From positions 39,122,001 to 39,186,000 of the forward strand of contig CM060733.1 in the NCBI GenBank assembly GCA_030704615.1: a stretch of 64,000 nt of DNA. The letters run 5' to 3'. Source of the stretch: Takakia lepidozioides (Eukaryota > Plantae > Bryophyta). This document shows, one piece after another, positions 35,938 through 46,974 of the stretch (position 1 is the stretch's first letter; each line of letters begins with the position of its first letter). The position numbers and the translations under genes are program-made. Under the pieces are notes generated by a model that did no database searches, was not told the DNA's origin, and was given only the letters and a program-made list of their open reading frames with translations.

Positions 35938-36511
35938 TGTCAAGGACGAGAACATGACTGAAAACAAGAGATAAGACTAGAGGTACAAGGCTAGACAAGA
36001 AGTCAAGGTCGGCGTGGCCGAATGCACGATGAGTAAATAGAAATCAAGACGATCTTTATAACAATGAACAAGAGTACAAGATATTGGAACACGACTTGAA
36101 TACTGGAATGCTGGAAACTGGACTAGAGTACTGGGAACTGGAAACAAGAGTAGCTTGAACTGGTATTGGCGAGACTGAAGAGTGTCCAGTCTCGCCTCCT
36201 ATATATACTGGCTACTAAGAAGCTTCCCTAAGAAGCTTCCCCTATGGAGGTTGCTTGCTGGAGAAGTTTCCAAGATTAAACAAAGGTTTCTTGATGGAGA
36301 AGCTTCCTTAAACAAATAAGGTATCTTGATGGAGAAGTTTTATCCAAATGAAGCTTCTTGAGTAGTTTCCCAAGTTACTCTTGGTAATTTGATAAACTCC
36401 CGGTAACTTGGTAAATAATGATAAATCATGGTAGATCATGGTAAATCACGATAAGTCATGGTAACTTCTGGTAATAACTTGGTAACTTCTGGTATTTACT
36501 CCTGGTAAGTT
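35938..36511 (-). repeat. 5' LTR of element B, outer ~24 bp deleted
   Basis: Matches 19036-19642, then fuses directly to the RNase H of element A. Confidence 0.9.
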
Positions 36512-38410
36512 TCACGGACAATGTCACGTGAGGTATTTTACCACACGGCCTAAGTTGTCCCCAAAACAAATTAGGTGACAAAACACTTTGGCATTGTTTG
36601 ACGTGGATATTCAGTACAAGCCATAACGGGACAATGTAGTGGGCGATGCTCTAAGTAGAAAACAACAGCTCATGTTGGTGTACAGAGGCAAGACAACGCT
36701 GCAAAGGAAGATACGAAAGACTTACCGGAAGATGAGATGGCGAAGTCCGTGATGCAGGACTTCAAGCTAAGAGTTAAGTCGCAGTTCCACTTCCACAATG
36801 GACTGCTCCGGTACAAGCGAAAGCGTCTCTACGTGCCGAAGGGAGGGCTCAGAGATAGTCTCTTGAGGGAATGCCATGATGGCCCGCTTGCGGGCCACGG
36901 CGGGGCGCACCACGACACTCTTGAAGAAAGAGTATTTCTGGCCCAAACTAAGGGAAGAGGCTGAGGAGTATGTCAAGACATGCACCACATGCCAGCAAAA
37001 CCGAAGCAAGTACAAAAAACAAGCGGGGATGTTACAATCTTTGCCGATTCCAAAGGGGCCTTGGGATAGTGTTTCAATGGATTTCATGACGACTTTGCCG
37101 CTGTCAAAGGGATTCGATGCAATCATGGTGGTGGTGGATAGGTTCAGCAAAATAGGCCATTTCATCCCCACTAAGGAGACGGCGACGGCGCAAGAGATGG
37201 GGCGACTTTACTTCGCCCACGTCTTCAAACATCATGGACTCCCGAAGGATATTGTTTCAGACCGCGATCCGAAGTTTACAAGTAAATTTTGGAGGGCACT
37301 TTGGAAGAAGATGGGGACGAGGCTCAAGATAAGCACGGCCTTCCGACCTACAACAGACGGCCAAACGGAAATAGTGAACTCCGTGGTGAAGCAGCTATTG
37401 CGGAATTATGTGTCGGCAGACCAGTCGGATTAGGTGGAGCACTTGGATGCGGTAGAGTTCTGTTATAACACAGAATACTCCGCAACGGGGCTTCTCCTTT
37501 TGTATTGGTCTACGGAAAAGCACCTCTGGTGCTGAAAAGTTGGGCTGCCCAGGACGGTGAGGAGCCTGCGGCAACAACGGTGTTGGAAGAACGCGAGCGT
37601 TTATTGGAGCTCGTCAAGTCAAACATTGCCAAAGCTAGGAAACGTTACGAAAGGCAAGCTAACCGGAGCCGACGGGAGGTTGAGTTTGAAGCTGGAAGGG
37701 AGGTCATGTGGTTGAATATTAAGAATTTTTTACTACCTCTGGAACTGAGTCCGAAGTTCGTACCTCCGTATGTGGGACCTTTTCGCATCTGGAAGGTTAT
37801 GAATGAGGATGTGTATGAGCTGGAGCTGCCGGCGAACAGTAAGGTGCATTCGATATTTCATGCCCTTTTGAAGCCTTACTTCAAAGATAAAGCACGTCTG
37901 AATCGGCATCAAGTGTTGAGTCCGCCACCTGTGCTATTGGATCATGAAAATGAACCCGAGTACGAGGTGGATGCGGTGATTAAGTCGATGAGGTTAGAAT
38001 CGAGAAACGGAGTATCTCGTGCAACCAACGGGGAGAACCGACAGCTAGTTACATGCTAGCCGACTCATTCCGAGGATTTCCGAGTGAAAATTGAAACCTT
38101 CGGAAATTTACCGAGTATGTTCACATAGGAAATTGACTATTGCAGTTACCATTAAGGGGAAGCAATCGACTCCCCAACCCACTTAGCCGGTTGGTTCTCA
38201 GAATGAGGGGCCATTGGCTGGTTCAACTGAAATTATTTCTCGGACGCTGATCTCGTGAAATGGAAGGGCTATCATCAAGTGGAGTAACTTGGGTGCGTGC
38301 CTCAGAAATGGGAAGCGCATCCAAGGCGGTTGTAGCTTTTGAAGGGCGACCTCAAAAGCGGAAGAACCCTTGATGGGGACATCAACCTTGGATCGTGGGG
38401 GAGAAAATGC
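36511..38410 (+). mobile_element. Ty3/gypsy chromovirus A, right part (RNase H end, integrase, chromodomain, PPT)
   Basis: FTDNVT..KLSPKQIR; integrase ECHDG..GH..CTTCQ, SMDFMT, IVSDRDPKF, TDGQTE; chromodomain YEVDAVI..YLVKWKGY..TW; PPT GGGGGAGAAAA at ~38397 followed by TG. Confidence 0.9.
38022..38249. mobile_element. 228-bp hAT-like MITE inserted in the chromodomain of element A
   Basis: 8-bp TSD ATCTCGTG at 38014-38021 and 38250-38257, CA...TG imperfect TIRs. Removing it restores YLV-KWKGY. Confidence 0.8.
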
Positions 38411-38529
38411 ATGCTTAGTCCAGCTTAGCTAGCTCAAGAATCCAATTGCAAAGACTTGTGTTGTACAAATTTTGTTTATAATGTTGTGCGTCCTATTTTG
38501 TTTGGAATGGTGAAGTAATATTTGAAAGT

Positions 38530-39560
38530 GCTATAACAAAATTGACCCCCTCCCACCCCTCAACCAGCCCATTCACTTATGGCTTTTCACTGGATTTCAG
38601 GAAGCCCTTCTTTGTAGATACCGCTCATCAACAATCATAGAAACTCAAGAGCATTGTCTGCTGCAATGTTGCACTTCATCCATAATCTAATAGCTCGATG
38701 GTATTATACTCTTTGTGGCCTTGGTGCTCGTCAAGCTTGGTCCACCCTCGGCCTTCTCTAATCAAAGATTTCTACATGATCTCGAACCCATGCAGCTTAT
38801 TTCCCATACATATTCTCCTCATGAACTACGACCAAAACTCCAAACACAAAGCTTTCACATGCCCAGTATTCGACTCCCTCAGAAGCTCAACTCTCTCGCA
38901 CCTTTGGAGGGCTAGATGTAACATAACCTTTTCTAACACTACTGGCTTTACTTCTTCTCTTCTCTCCCTTATCTATCATGACCTCTTAATTGAATCAAGG
39001 AAAGGACATACGTCAAAAGATCTCTTCATAACGCACGTCAACTCCATGCTACCTTCACAACAACTTAGGCCCGCCAAGGGGTCATTTGCCACAGCTCGTC
39101 CCCAGATCACTGTGTTTGGAATGGGCAACCCCCCAACAGCTAGAGAGACCTCCGTGGTATCATTCACCACCTTGCCGGAATTTGCCAATGATGTCAATCG
39201 GAAACATAGGGCCCACCCCTAAAAATGGGCAGTAGCCGCAAGACGAAGTAACTCTTAGTTACGCCGGCTTCGGTCGGAGTCTTCTGTTTCTTAATTGGAA
39301 ACACGTCAAGCAATCCGCCAAAGCATCCAAACCGCACTTTCGATAATGAGTATCTTATACAGCATGCAAGATCGACGTTTAGGCCAGTACTTCATACTAG
39401 GTGCTACTAGCTTTCGTACAAAGGATCATTTTCAAAGGCTCTCGGGCCTGGATAGTTCGTCATTCACTCTTGTGGAGTAGGTAGGATCGCATTAATATCA
39501 TTGACTACAATATGTCAATGGCGTGATCAAGGGTTTTATTTATTTTTCCCTCAAATATCC
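38530..39560 (+). mobile_element. LINE 3' fragment
   Basis: ORF 38698-39222 C-terminus (TVFGMGNPPTARETS..PEFANDVNRKH) is homologous to ORF 59670-60104. Confidence 0.7.
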
Positions 39561-39805
39561 CACATAAAGTTTCCCATGGCCATTGTGCCCTCTGTTATAT
39601 AACGAGGAGCCGCTTTCAAAGTAACCCATCCCACCACCAGTCGGTAGCTCCGTTCGATAGAGTAGCCACCAAGGTGAAATTGGGTTCAGATCTTGGCTAT
39701 CTTGTTGGGTTTGTCTCCTTCCTTGTCCCTTTCGCCTTGTGCTAGACGCCTCATGGCGAGGTTGTGTTGAAGGAGGTTATTTTATTCACTCACTAATAAT
39801 AATCT

Positions 39806-40206
39806 ATGACGCCTCCCTCTTAAAGGAAGCGTAAATTATGGTGTCGCTTCACCCGAAGGCCTATTGTCTTACAAGAGGAAGGTGGACACCTTTGTGACAC
39901 CAATTGGTGGATTGAATCCACAACCACTTCCAAGGTGGTATGTGTCCATTACCTATGGGCTACAACGTGGTTGTCTTCTCTCACTATAGTTAAGGGGCAT
40001 GTTTTACGCTAGCTCCGGCTGGCCTCATATATATATATATATAAGTATGACGCCTCCCGAAGGGAGCGTAACTTATGGTGTCACTTCACCACAAGGACTA
40101 CTACCGTCCAGCTGAAAGCTGGACACCTTCATGACACACCGGACTGTGGTTTGAACCCACAACCACATCCAGTGCCATTACCACTGGGGCTACATGCTGG
40201 TTGTCC
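39806..40206 (-). mobile_element. Two tandem copies of a ~165-bp tRNA-derived SINE (39806-39975, 40046-40206)
   Basis: Copies are similar to each other. Minus strand has A box TAGCCCCAGTGGTAATGG and B box GGGTTCAAACC. Confidence 0.7.
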
Positions 40207-40259
40207 ATATATATATAGGGGCCGGACTTGTCACAGCTCATGGTCGCTCCGGGGTGATT

Positions 40260-40432
40260 CCCTTGTAAAATAGAATGAAGAAAATAAAATAAAACCGCCA
40301 TGCACCACCAAGCACGAGGCTCATGGGACACCTCCCAAGGGAAGGGGAGAAGATTATACCACACCTGCCAAGGTAGTTGGATTTGAACCCAGAATCACCT
40401 GGGTGGATCTCCAACTGAGCTACCAACTGGTG
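40260..40432 (-). mobile_element. tRNA-derived SINE, second family (relatives at ~39637-39790 +, ~55528-55700 +, possibly ~54040-54305 -)
   Basis: Shared head GTAGCTCAGTTG...CCACCCAG.TGATTCTGGG.T.AAATC with A/B boxes. Confidence 0.6.
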
Positions 40433-41065
40433 GTAATTTGAATAGAAAAAATAGGCCCTTGCAATACTTTTAAAAAGAAAAAGAAAAAAGCGGGACAGCC
40501 TTGGCCAGGCTGTGTCAAAATGAACTAGGCCCAATTTCTCTTAAAAAAATAAAATAAACGTCCCACAAGCAATGGGTGCCGTCCATTTCTGGAGGTTGAA
40601 CGGTGGAGATATCCGAGGGCCCACCGCAGTGCTGAGCGTTGAAAAATAGGGTGCTTCAATTGTGAGGCAGCCCATGACCTTCGAGAGGGAGAGAAGTTGT
40701 TGGCTATTCTGGACCCCCCCCACTGTGGCAGCCGAGCTGGGCATCCCCCTCCCATTCAAGTGGGGCCCAATTTTAGTCAAACTAGTCCACTTTTGGCAAC
40801 CCTCACACCCACCATGCAATTCCTATCAAATTCAGGAGGGCATCAGGATTGAATGCCCGGTTAGGGTTTGATGCGGGTACAGTAAAGCAAGAGGCATGTT
40901 GGATAGTCCCAAAAGTGTTGGGTATTGATGGTGGTGGGTGATGGCCATGAATGGAGGAGTTGGGTTACAACAAAGCATCCCTGGATCCCTCACCCACACA
41001 CCCCCCTCCTTCAACTCCATTGTCTTATTTGCTCCCTCCCCATCACCACCACCCACCACCACCCC

Positions 41066-41345
41066 AAACACAACAACAACAACAACAACAACAATCCGCA
41101 TGGCCTGCCTCCTAACTTAGTCAAACTCCGCGTCCTCCATGAGGCCTCCCAAAAGGAAATTGGTGCTAGAAAGTGTGATAGATGAAGCCTCCCAAGAGAA
41201 AACCAGCAACAACAACAACAATGGCCGGCCTCCTAAGTTAGTCAAACTCCACCTCCTCATGAGGCCTCCCAAAAGGAAATTGGTGCTAGAAAGTGTGGTA
41301 CTTAGATGAAGCCTCCCAAAAGAAAATTGGTGCTAGAGAGTGTGA
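41066..41345. repeat. (CAA)n microsatellite and ~120-bp tandem duplication
   Basis: GCCTCCTAA.TTAGTCAAACTCC...GCCTCCCAAAAGGAAATTGGTGCTAGA occurs 2-3 times. Confidence 0.8.
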
Positions 41346-41765
41346 TGGATGGAATATTTTGGATGGTGAGCCACCAGGTGGAAGAGATGAGGCTCTCTGT
41401 GGATGAATAAAGAGGGATTGTGGATGTTCTCCGTGGATAATGTGTGGAGTGAGCAGAGAGGGTTATCTCACCACCTTTTTCTTAGTGAATTGGGGAGGCA
41501 GTGATGCAGAGAAGACCCGCAGAAACTTAACAGCGCGGCGTGTTCGTGGAAAAAGTGGGTCGTCTCTGGCTCGTCTCCCCCTCCCTCGCAGTTTCCTGCT
41601 GTGGTCGTGTGGAGATCTGCCGAGCGGAGGGTCTTGGCAGAGCCCCAGCGTTTGTGGTCTCTGGTGACCTGAGCTGGTTTTCTTGGTAGAGCTAGTAGGA
41701 AGTGTATGCATGCGGGAGCTTGTAGTTGCAGACAAGGCCTGTGAGACTGGTGGCGGCGAGGCAGG

Positions 41766-42284
41766 ATGGGAGGTGCGGGGAACAGGAAGAGCACAGCTCG
41801 GAACCGATGTCGGGGGAGAATCCTGGGGGGCGTGCTTGGGCGATGGATTTTCCACTCGCTAGTCAGCGTTGTATTGTTGTTTCCGATGGATGCTTTGGCG
41901 CAAGGTCCCAGTGTTGGATCTGCTGTTATCCCTAAAACTGATCCTTATCCCTACCGTTCTCCTTCCCCGTCTCCTGCTCATGTGCCCACTCCATCTCCAA
42001 GCATAGCCCCCCACTCTGTTCGGCCCCCGACTCATTCTGTGCACGGTTCATCTCGTCCGTCTGCAGCGGTGGAGCGGTCGAATGGACCGTCACCGACTGC
42101 CGGCGCTGTGCGCAGTAAGGAAGTTATCAATAACGGGAAAAAGGCAGGAATCGCGATTGGGTCTTCTGCCGTTCTTCTGCAAGTGGTGGTGGTTTCGTAT
42201 TTGCTTGCGAAGCGGAGACAGATGCTAGCAATGGTGTGCGATTATGACCCTCCGGAGCGTGGTTGGGAAGCGTTCTCTGTGTAG
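41766..42284 (+). CDS. Pro/Ser-rich (AGP-like) type I membrane protein
   Basis: 172-aa ORF with a hydrophobic signal-like segment, SPSPSPAHVPTPSPS, a TM helix (GKKAGIAIG..VVVVSYLL) and basic KRRQ. Confidence 0.7.
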   Translation: MGGAGNRKSTARNRCRGRILGGVLGRWIFHSLVSVVLLFPMDALAQGPSVGSAVIPKTDPYPYRSPSPSPAHVPTPSPSIAPHSVRPPTHSVHGSSRPSAAVERSNGPSPTAGAVRSKEVINNGKKAGIAIGSSAVLLQVVVVSYLLAKRRQMLAMVCDYDPPERGWEAFSV

Positions 42285-45200
42285 ATCGGGATGCTGCATC
42301 TCCATACTTGTCTTGTGTAAGCATTTATAGTAAGAGAGGAACGGAGACGGCATGGCGCTATCACTGTATCAGTCCTTTCTGTGTACACTAAACGGCTTCT
42401 CAGTGTCCAGTGAGCTGTCCCGAGCGCCACTAGGGTATCCATGGCCTCCGTCAATTTCTTCAGGATGGCACATTATTTGTCCTTTTGAGTCTGCCTTGAT
42501 TACGTTCCAAGGAGAGGGTACGGGTGTCTCTGTCTGCTCTGCCGTCCATATTGCTGCTCAGAGTTGGGCACCAGGCACGTCCGAGTTTCCATGTTTGCGG
42601 ATCACTATGGCACAGTCTGCTTGGGTAAGTATCTAGTTGTCTACGATCGTCGAAAAGTCACTGTTTTCCAGGCAAGGATGGGTTCTAGTACTTCGTCTAC
42701 CAGTTGTAAGCTGCGCCCAATATTTGAAGCTTACAGCTCTGGTGCTATGGAATCCGATTTATGCAAGCTCTCATGAGAGTCAATGGATTTGATTATTTCT
42801 GGGTTAAAGGCATATCTAGTTTTAATGTAAAATCTCAAAGGAGCATCGCTGTTTGTCTCAACTTTTCTCTGTTTCGGATCTTCATTCACTACGGATGTGC
42901 TAAGTTTCTGAATCGTTATGCAGAACGGAGCACTGCCCTTGGAAACTGGGGCTGCTGGATTTGAGCAGTTAGGATCTGGTGACATGACATGACGACAGTC
43001 TGTGTGCGTGTCCTCACAAGGCAAGGACACCCTTTGGCGTATATTTTCCAGAAGTTGAAGGTTCAATTACTGTTTGTGTCCAAGGGACACTCCACATGTA
43101 AGTTTCGTTGATCCCTACCGGAGTGTGGTCTAAAGTTAGTTTCCCAGCTGTGCTCACTGACTGAGAATTGCGGCAGTAGGCTCTTTTCCAGAGACCTCCA
43201 CTCATTTTGGAAGGAGGATTATATTCTCAGGGAACCTGGGGGTGAGGCAAAAGAGAGGGATAGAAGTTGTCAGGGGGATTTGGAAAGCAGCCCAAAGGTG
43301 TTTCACATGGGGGCAAGCTTGGCATTACAGTCATCTTCTGTTTTCAAGCAAAGTCCTATAGACGAAAGGTGAGGCAGTTTCTGAGATAGGAAATTTTGCA
43401 GTCAAGAATGACAGTTTTCATAATTTTGCAGTCATGGGATGCATGAATGTTCAAGTCATGTGATAGGTCTGTATTTCTATTTTTGAGAAATGTGATAGGA
43501 ATTCTCTTGCTGGCATTGGGGTTTGCTTACGCGGAGCCAACCTGACCAAACTCTACAGGAGTAGAAGCCAGTTTCACTGGTTGGTTGGAATTGAAGCCTT
43601 AAAGGGACTAGCAGGCTGTAATGGGATGAACAACAGGTCCTAACTGGAACTGGAACTTGCCTACCACCCGGGAGGGGGGGGTTGTTTATGACTATTTCTT
43701 TATTGCTTTGGTTGCCTTAATTGCTTTCAGTGGTTGGCCTCTAATGGGGCCTTTGTGACTCCATGTAGATGTTTTCAGTCATGGAGTGGTTAGTTCTGTA
43801 GTTCCCACATGAGGTGGGGGCTTCGAAAGATCATGACCTCATCACCCAGGGATTGTTACATACAAGAGGATGTTCATGTCCTTTTGTTTCGGCGACGTAA
43901 AGAGTGTCATTTTATGATGTGATGGAGTTTTTGTGCCTAATTTTTGAGAGGTTTTCTGTCACAATTCTCAACCTGGTTTTAGTAAAAGAGAAACAATGTC
44001 AGGTACTTCCATTAGGTAGTCTCTCTGCTGGAAGTCAGTGTTTGAGGAAGACACTCTTGCAGTGTCAAGATCTCAATGTAGATTCCAAATGGCAAGTGCT
44101 CCAGTTCCGGAAATCTGCTTTGCAGCCAATTAGTGTACTGTTTATCCTACAAACATCATTTTGGATTTGCCCTGGAGTGTCCCTTGTGCAAGGTAGGTAG
44201 GCTTGTACCCTGTTGTCACTTAGAAAATGAATATGAGCTGGACTCTTGCCATTCCATAGTTTATCACCAACTAGGGTCAAACACTGAGCAAGGAAGAGAG
44301 CAAGTGTCATTCTTATAGGCATATCTTGAACAAGAACTGAGCCATCGATCTGAGGACTTACATGCTTGCTTTTGTGTGTGGTATTTCAGGACGTCCAGCA
44401 TAGTAATGAACGAATCAGACCACATGGTGTGGTTGTACAAAACCAGCAAACTGAAGGCCTGCAACTCCAACCTGTTTTTCTCATTGGAAATACTCGCTGT
44501 GTCATACGTCTAGCACTTGACTTCACATTTTGTCAGGGATGATATCCATTTTATTAGTGAGTTTGGGACTATTGGAGAAATCACGTCATTAGCATATCAG
44601 CTCCAGTGAGCTGGTCGACATCACTCTTAGGAAAACCTGCTTCTTAGTGAAAACCAGAGGTGACCTGACAGTCAGCATGCTTTTACTGTTCAGACTCTCA
44701 AACATTGAGGTATAAAGAAGATTCAGATGAGCTGCTGGCCTGTAAAATGTTGACAACCTGCAGGGTTGGAGCATATGGGTTCCAATTGAGTGCAGGTGAT
44801 TATTTTCAGCTAGATGCCCTGGTGCCGGGCTTTCAGGGTTAGTCAAAATTGTAGGATGAAGCAGCCTAGTGGCTGATTGTGGCAGCATGTTTAACATTAT
44901 CTGCTCACCAACGAGTGGCTCCCATATGAGTTTAATCGAGTCTAATAATGATCAGGGACTTTCTGCTTGTCATTTTCATGCGCAAGAGACCATACCGAAT
45001 TGATCTGATCCTAGGATCAATGGTTGGGAACTTCCGCTCAACTGGTTTTCCCACTGCTCCAAAGTCATTTCTGCTTGGTTGAACCTTTTGTTGGTATAGC
45101 CAACTACCTTTTCACGTTATGAGGTTATGACCTTTCGAAGCTCTTTCACCTGTTCATTTTCTCCTTCTGCCTGTTCACATTCATAAGATGTGTTTTTGAG

Positions 45201-45538
45201 TTTTGGGGCCTCGCCTTGACAAGCAATTCCCGTCACATGCTATGGTAGCTTTCAACTTGTTGTATTTAGCTTCTCGCTTGGATTTGACATACAAGGATAG
45301 GAACTCGCACAGGCCTCACAGAGAGCAATTGTCTCTCTTATGTCTCATCCTTCACTCCCTCCGTCCGTTTCTCTCCCTCTCTCCAGGGATCTCACCGCCA
45401 CCAAGTTTTCAAGATTATACATGAAAGGCACAAACTCACAAAGATTCTCAGTCGAGACCTCAATCGAGAGGGAGGAGGCAGGATTAAGCTTTCTTTCTGA
45501 CATAGGGTTCAGAAATCCGTTTCTCGAAGTCGTTGAAA

Positions 45539-46713
45539 ATGGCTCACCCACATCCGCCGTTGAAGCCGCGCAAATTTGTGACATACGAGCAGATAAAAGA
45601 CACGATGGTTTCCAAGCAAGCACCCTTCGGCTTATGGAAAGACCTGCCGAAGACGTACGTGCCAAAGATCCATCCCCGGGAACCGCATGTTCCAATCCAC
45701 AAATGGTGCAATGATATCGGGAAGGTTCCATGGGAGCAAGACCTCGAACCTTGGCGCAGCTCCCGTGGGCCGGGAATCGTCCCGCGCAGAGTCTCTAATA
45801 CAACCAATGCTCCATTCGGCACCTCCCACAACGTACCCCCGCACCCGCAGGTTGGCACCTTTCCCTCTTTCCCCTTTCAGTTATGCTTTCCATTGTCATG
45901 TCAATGCCAGAAGTCTTCAAATCAACAACCAGTTGCTCTTCAACCGATTAGTGGATTAGCCTCAAGGACATTTCTTAATTCACGTTGGTGTGAATATTTT
46001 TTCTGTTTGTTGGTTTTTGTTTGATATGCACATCTATGCTGGTTGCCTGTGAACGTTGCCCATGACGACCTCTGAGGACATACTTCTAGTTTTATAACCC
46101 ACCAGAGCATGAATTATGACTCGTAATGCAGCCCTTCCCTTCACCTAACAGAAGTGATTCATGAGGCACTGAGCCACATTATGTAGGAAAAGAGAGCAGT
46201 GCAGAAGATGAAAGGGGTGTCAAGCAGCCCGAGGGAATAGGCCGTCAAGAAGCCCACGGTCACCATGAAAAAGCTCTGATCTCTCTAAGGAACTGAAGTG
46301 CCTTGGCATCCTACCTGCATGACCCATTTGAGTCGTGTTTGAGTTCTGTAATGATGTTAAGTCACTGCCGAAGCTGGTCCCCTGTTGTTTGTGTCCCTTG
46401 GGTCCTTGGGCCTTTAGTGACTGACAAATTATGTTTGGTTCTCTTTCTCTTACACACATGCACCTTAAATGACCTCTCTTTCTGTACAACATCCATTAAC
46501 AAGGAAGGTGGTTTTGTGATGTGGCAGTTCACCGGAGATCATCCTGAAGCTCCTTGGGACAGGGAGGAGAATTATTCTATCATGCCCATAGTACCATGCA
46601 TGGGCCCAGCATTTGAGCACCATCAATTATCATCCACATATAGCGCACCCTGGGCTTCCTTTGTAGATGTCCATTTACACCCAAAGGAGCCACGGCTTAC
46701 ACAACTTGCGTAT
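45539..46713 (+). CDS. Uncharacterised spliced gene, exons 45539-45850 and 46528-46713; further exons possible at ~49530-49693 and ~50345-50437
   Basis: Two open exons joined in frame by a GT-AG intron. Recurring APFG/VPWE/APWD/APWA motifs. No family recognised. Confidence 0.5.
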
Positions 46714-46974
46714 GTGAGTGACCCTCTCACACTTCTCCTTTTGAGTTTTTTAGTTCATGAGAGTGTATCATTCGTAATAAATTGGAATCTTCTCTCTCTC
46801 TCTCTCTCTGAAGTAAAGAAGCAAGACCAGACACCACCAAGGAGGGCAATCCCCTTTACTGTAGCTATAGATGTTGGGACAACCTTTATCAGGTCACAAA
46901 TGGACTGATTGACATGGAAACAAAGCATGGTGGAAGAGGGAGGGGCAGGGATAGAGGAGAGGGATTAATGAAAG

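Larger units (their letters stand above)
19036..36511 (-). mobile_element. Ty3/gypsy chromovirus B (Tcn1-like), nested in A and interrupted in gag by element C
   Basis: Paired LTRs at 19036-19665 and 35938-~36511, PPT at 19666-19680. Gag runs 35900-35038, resuming at 23938 with CLYCGENDHMALNC. Protease LLDSGA, RT YLDDILI, RNase H, integrase and chromodomain are present. Confidence 0.95.

Noticed and set aside
36511-36525. TCACGGACA as an inverted terminus of the B LTR
   Set aside because: It is the coding sequence F-T-D-N of element A RNase H at a deletion junction.
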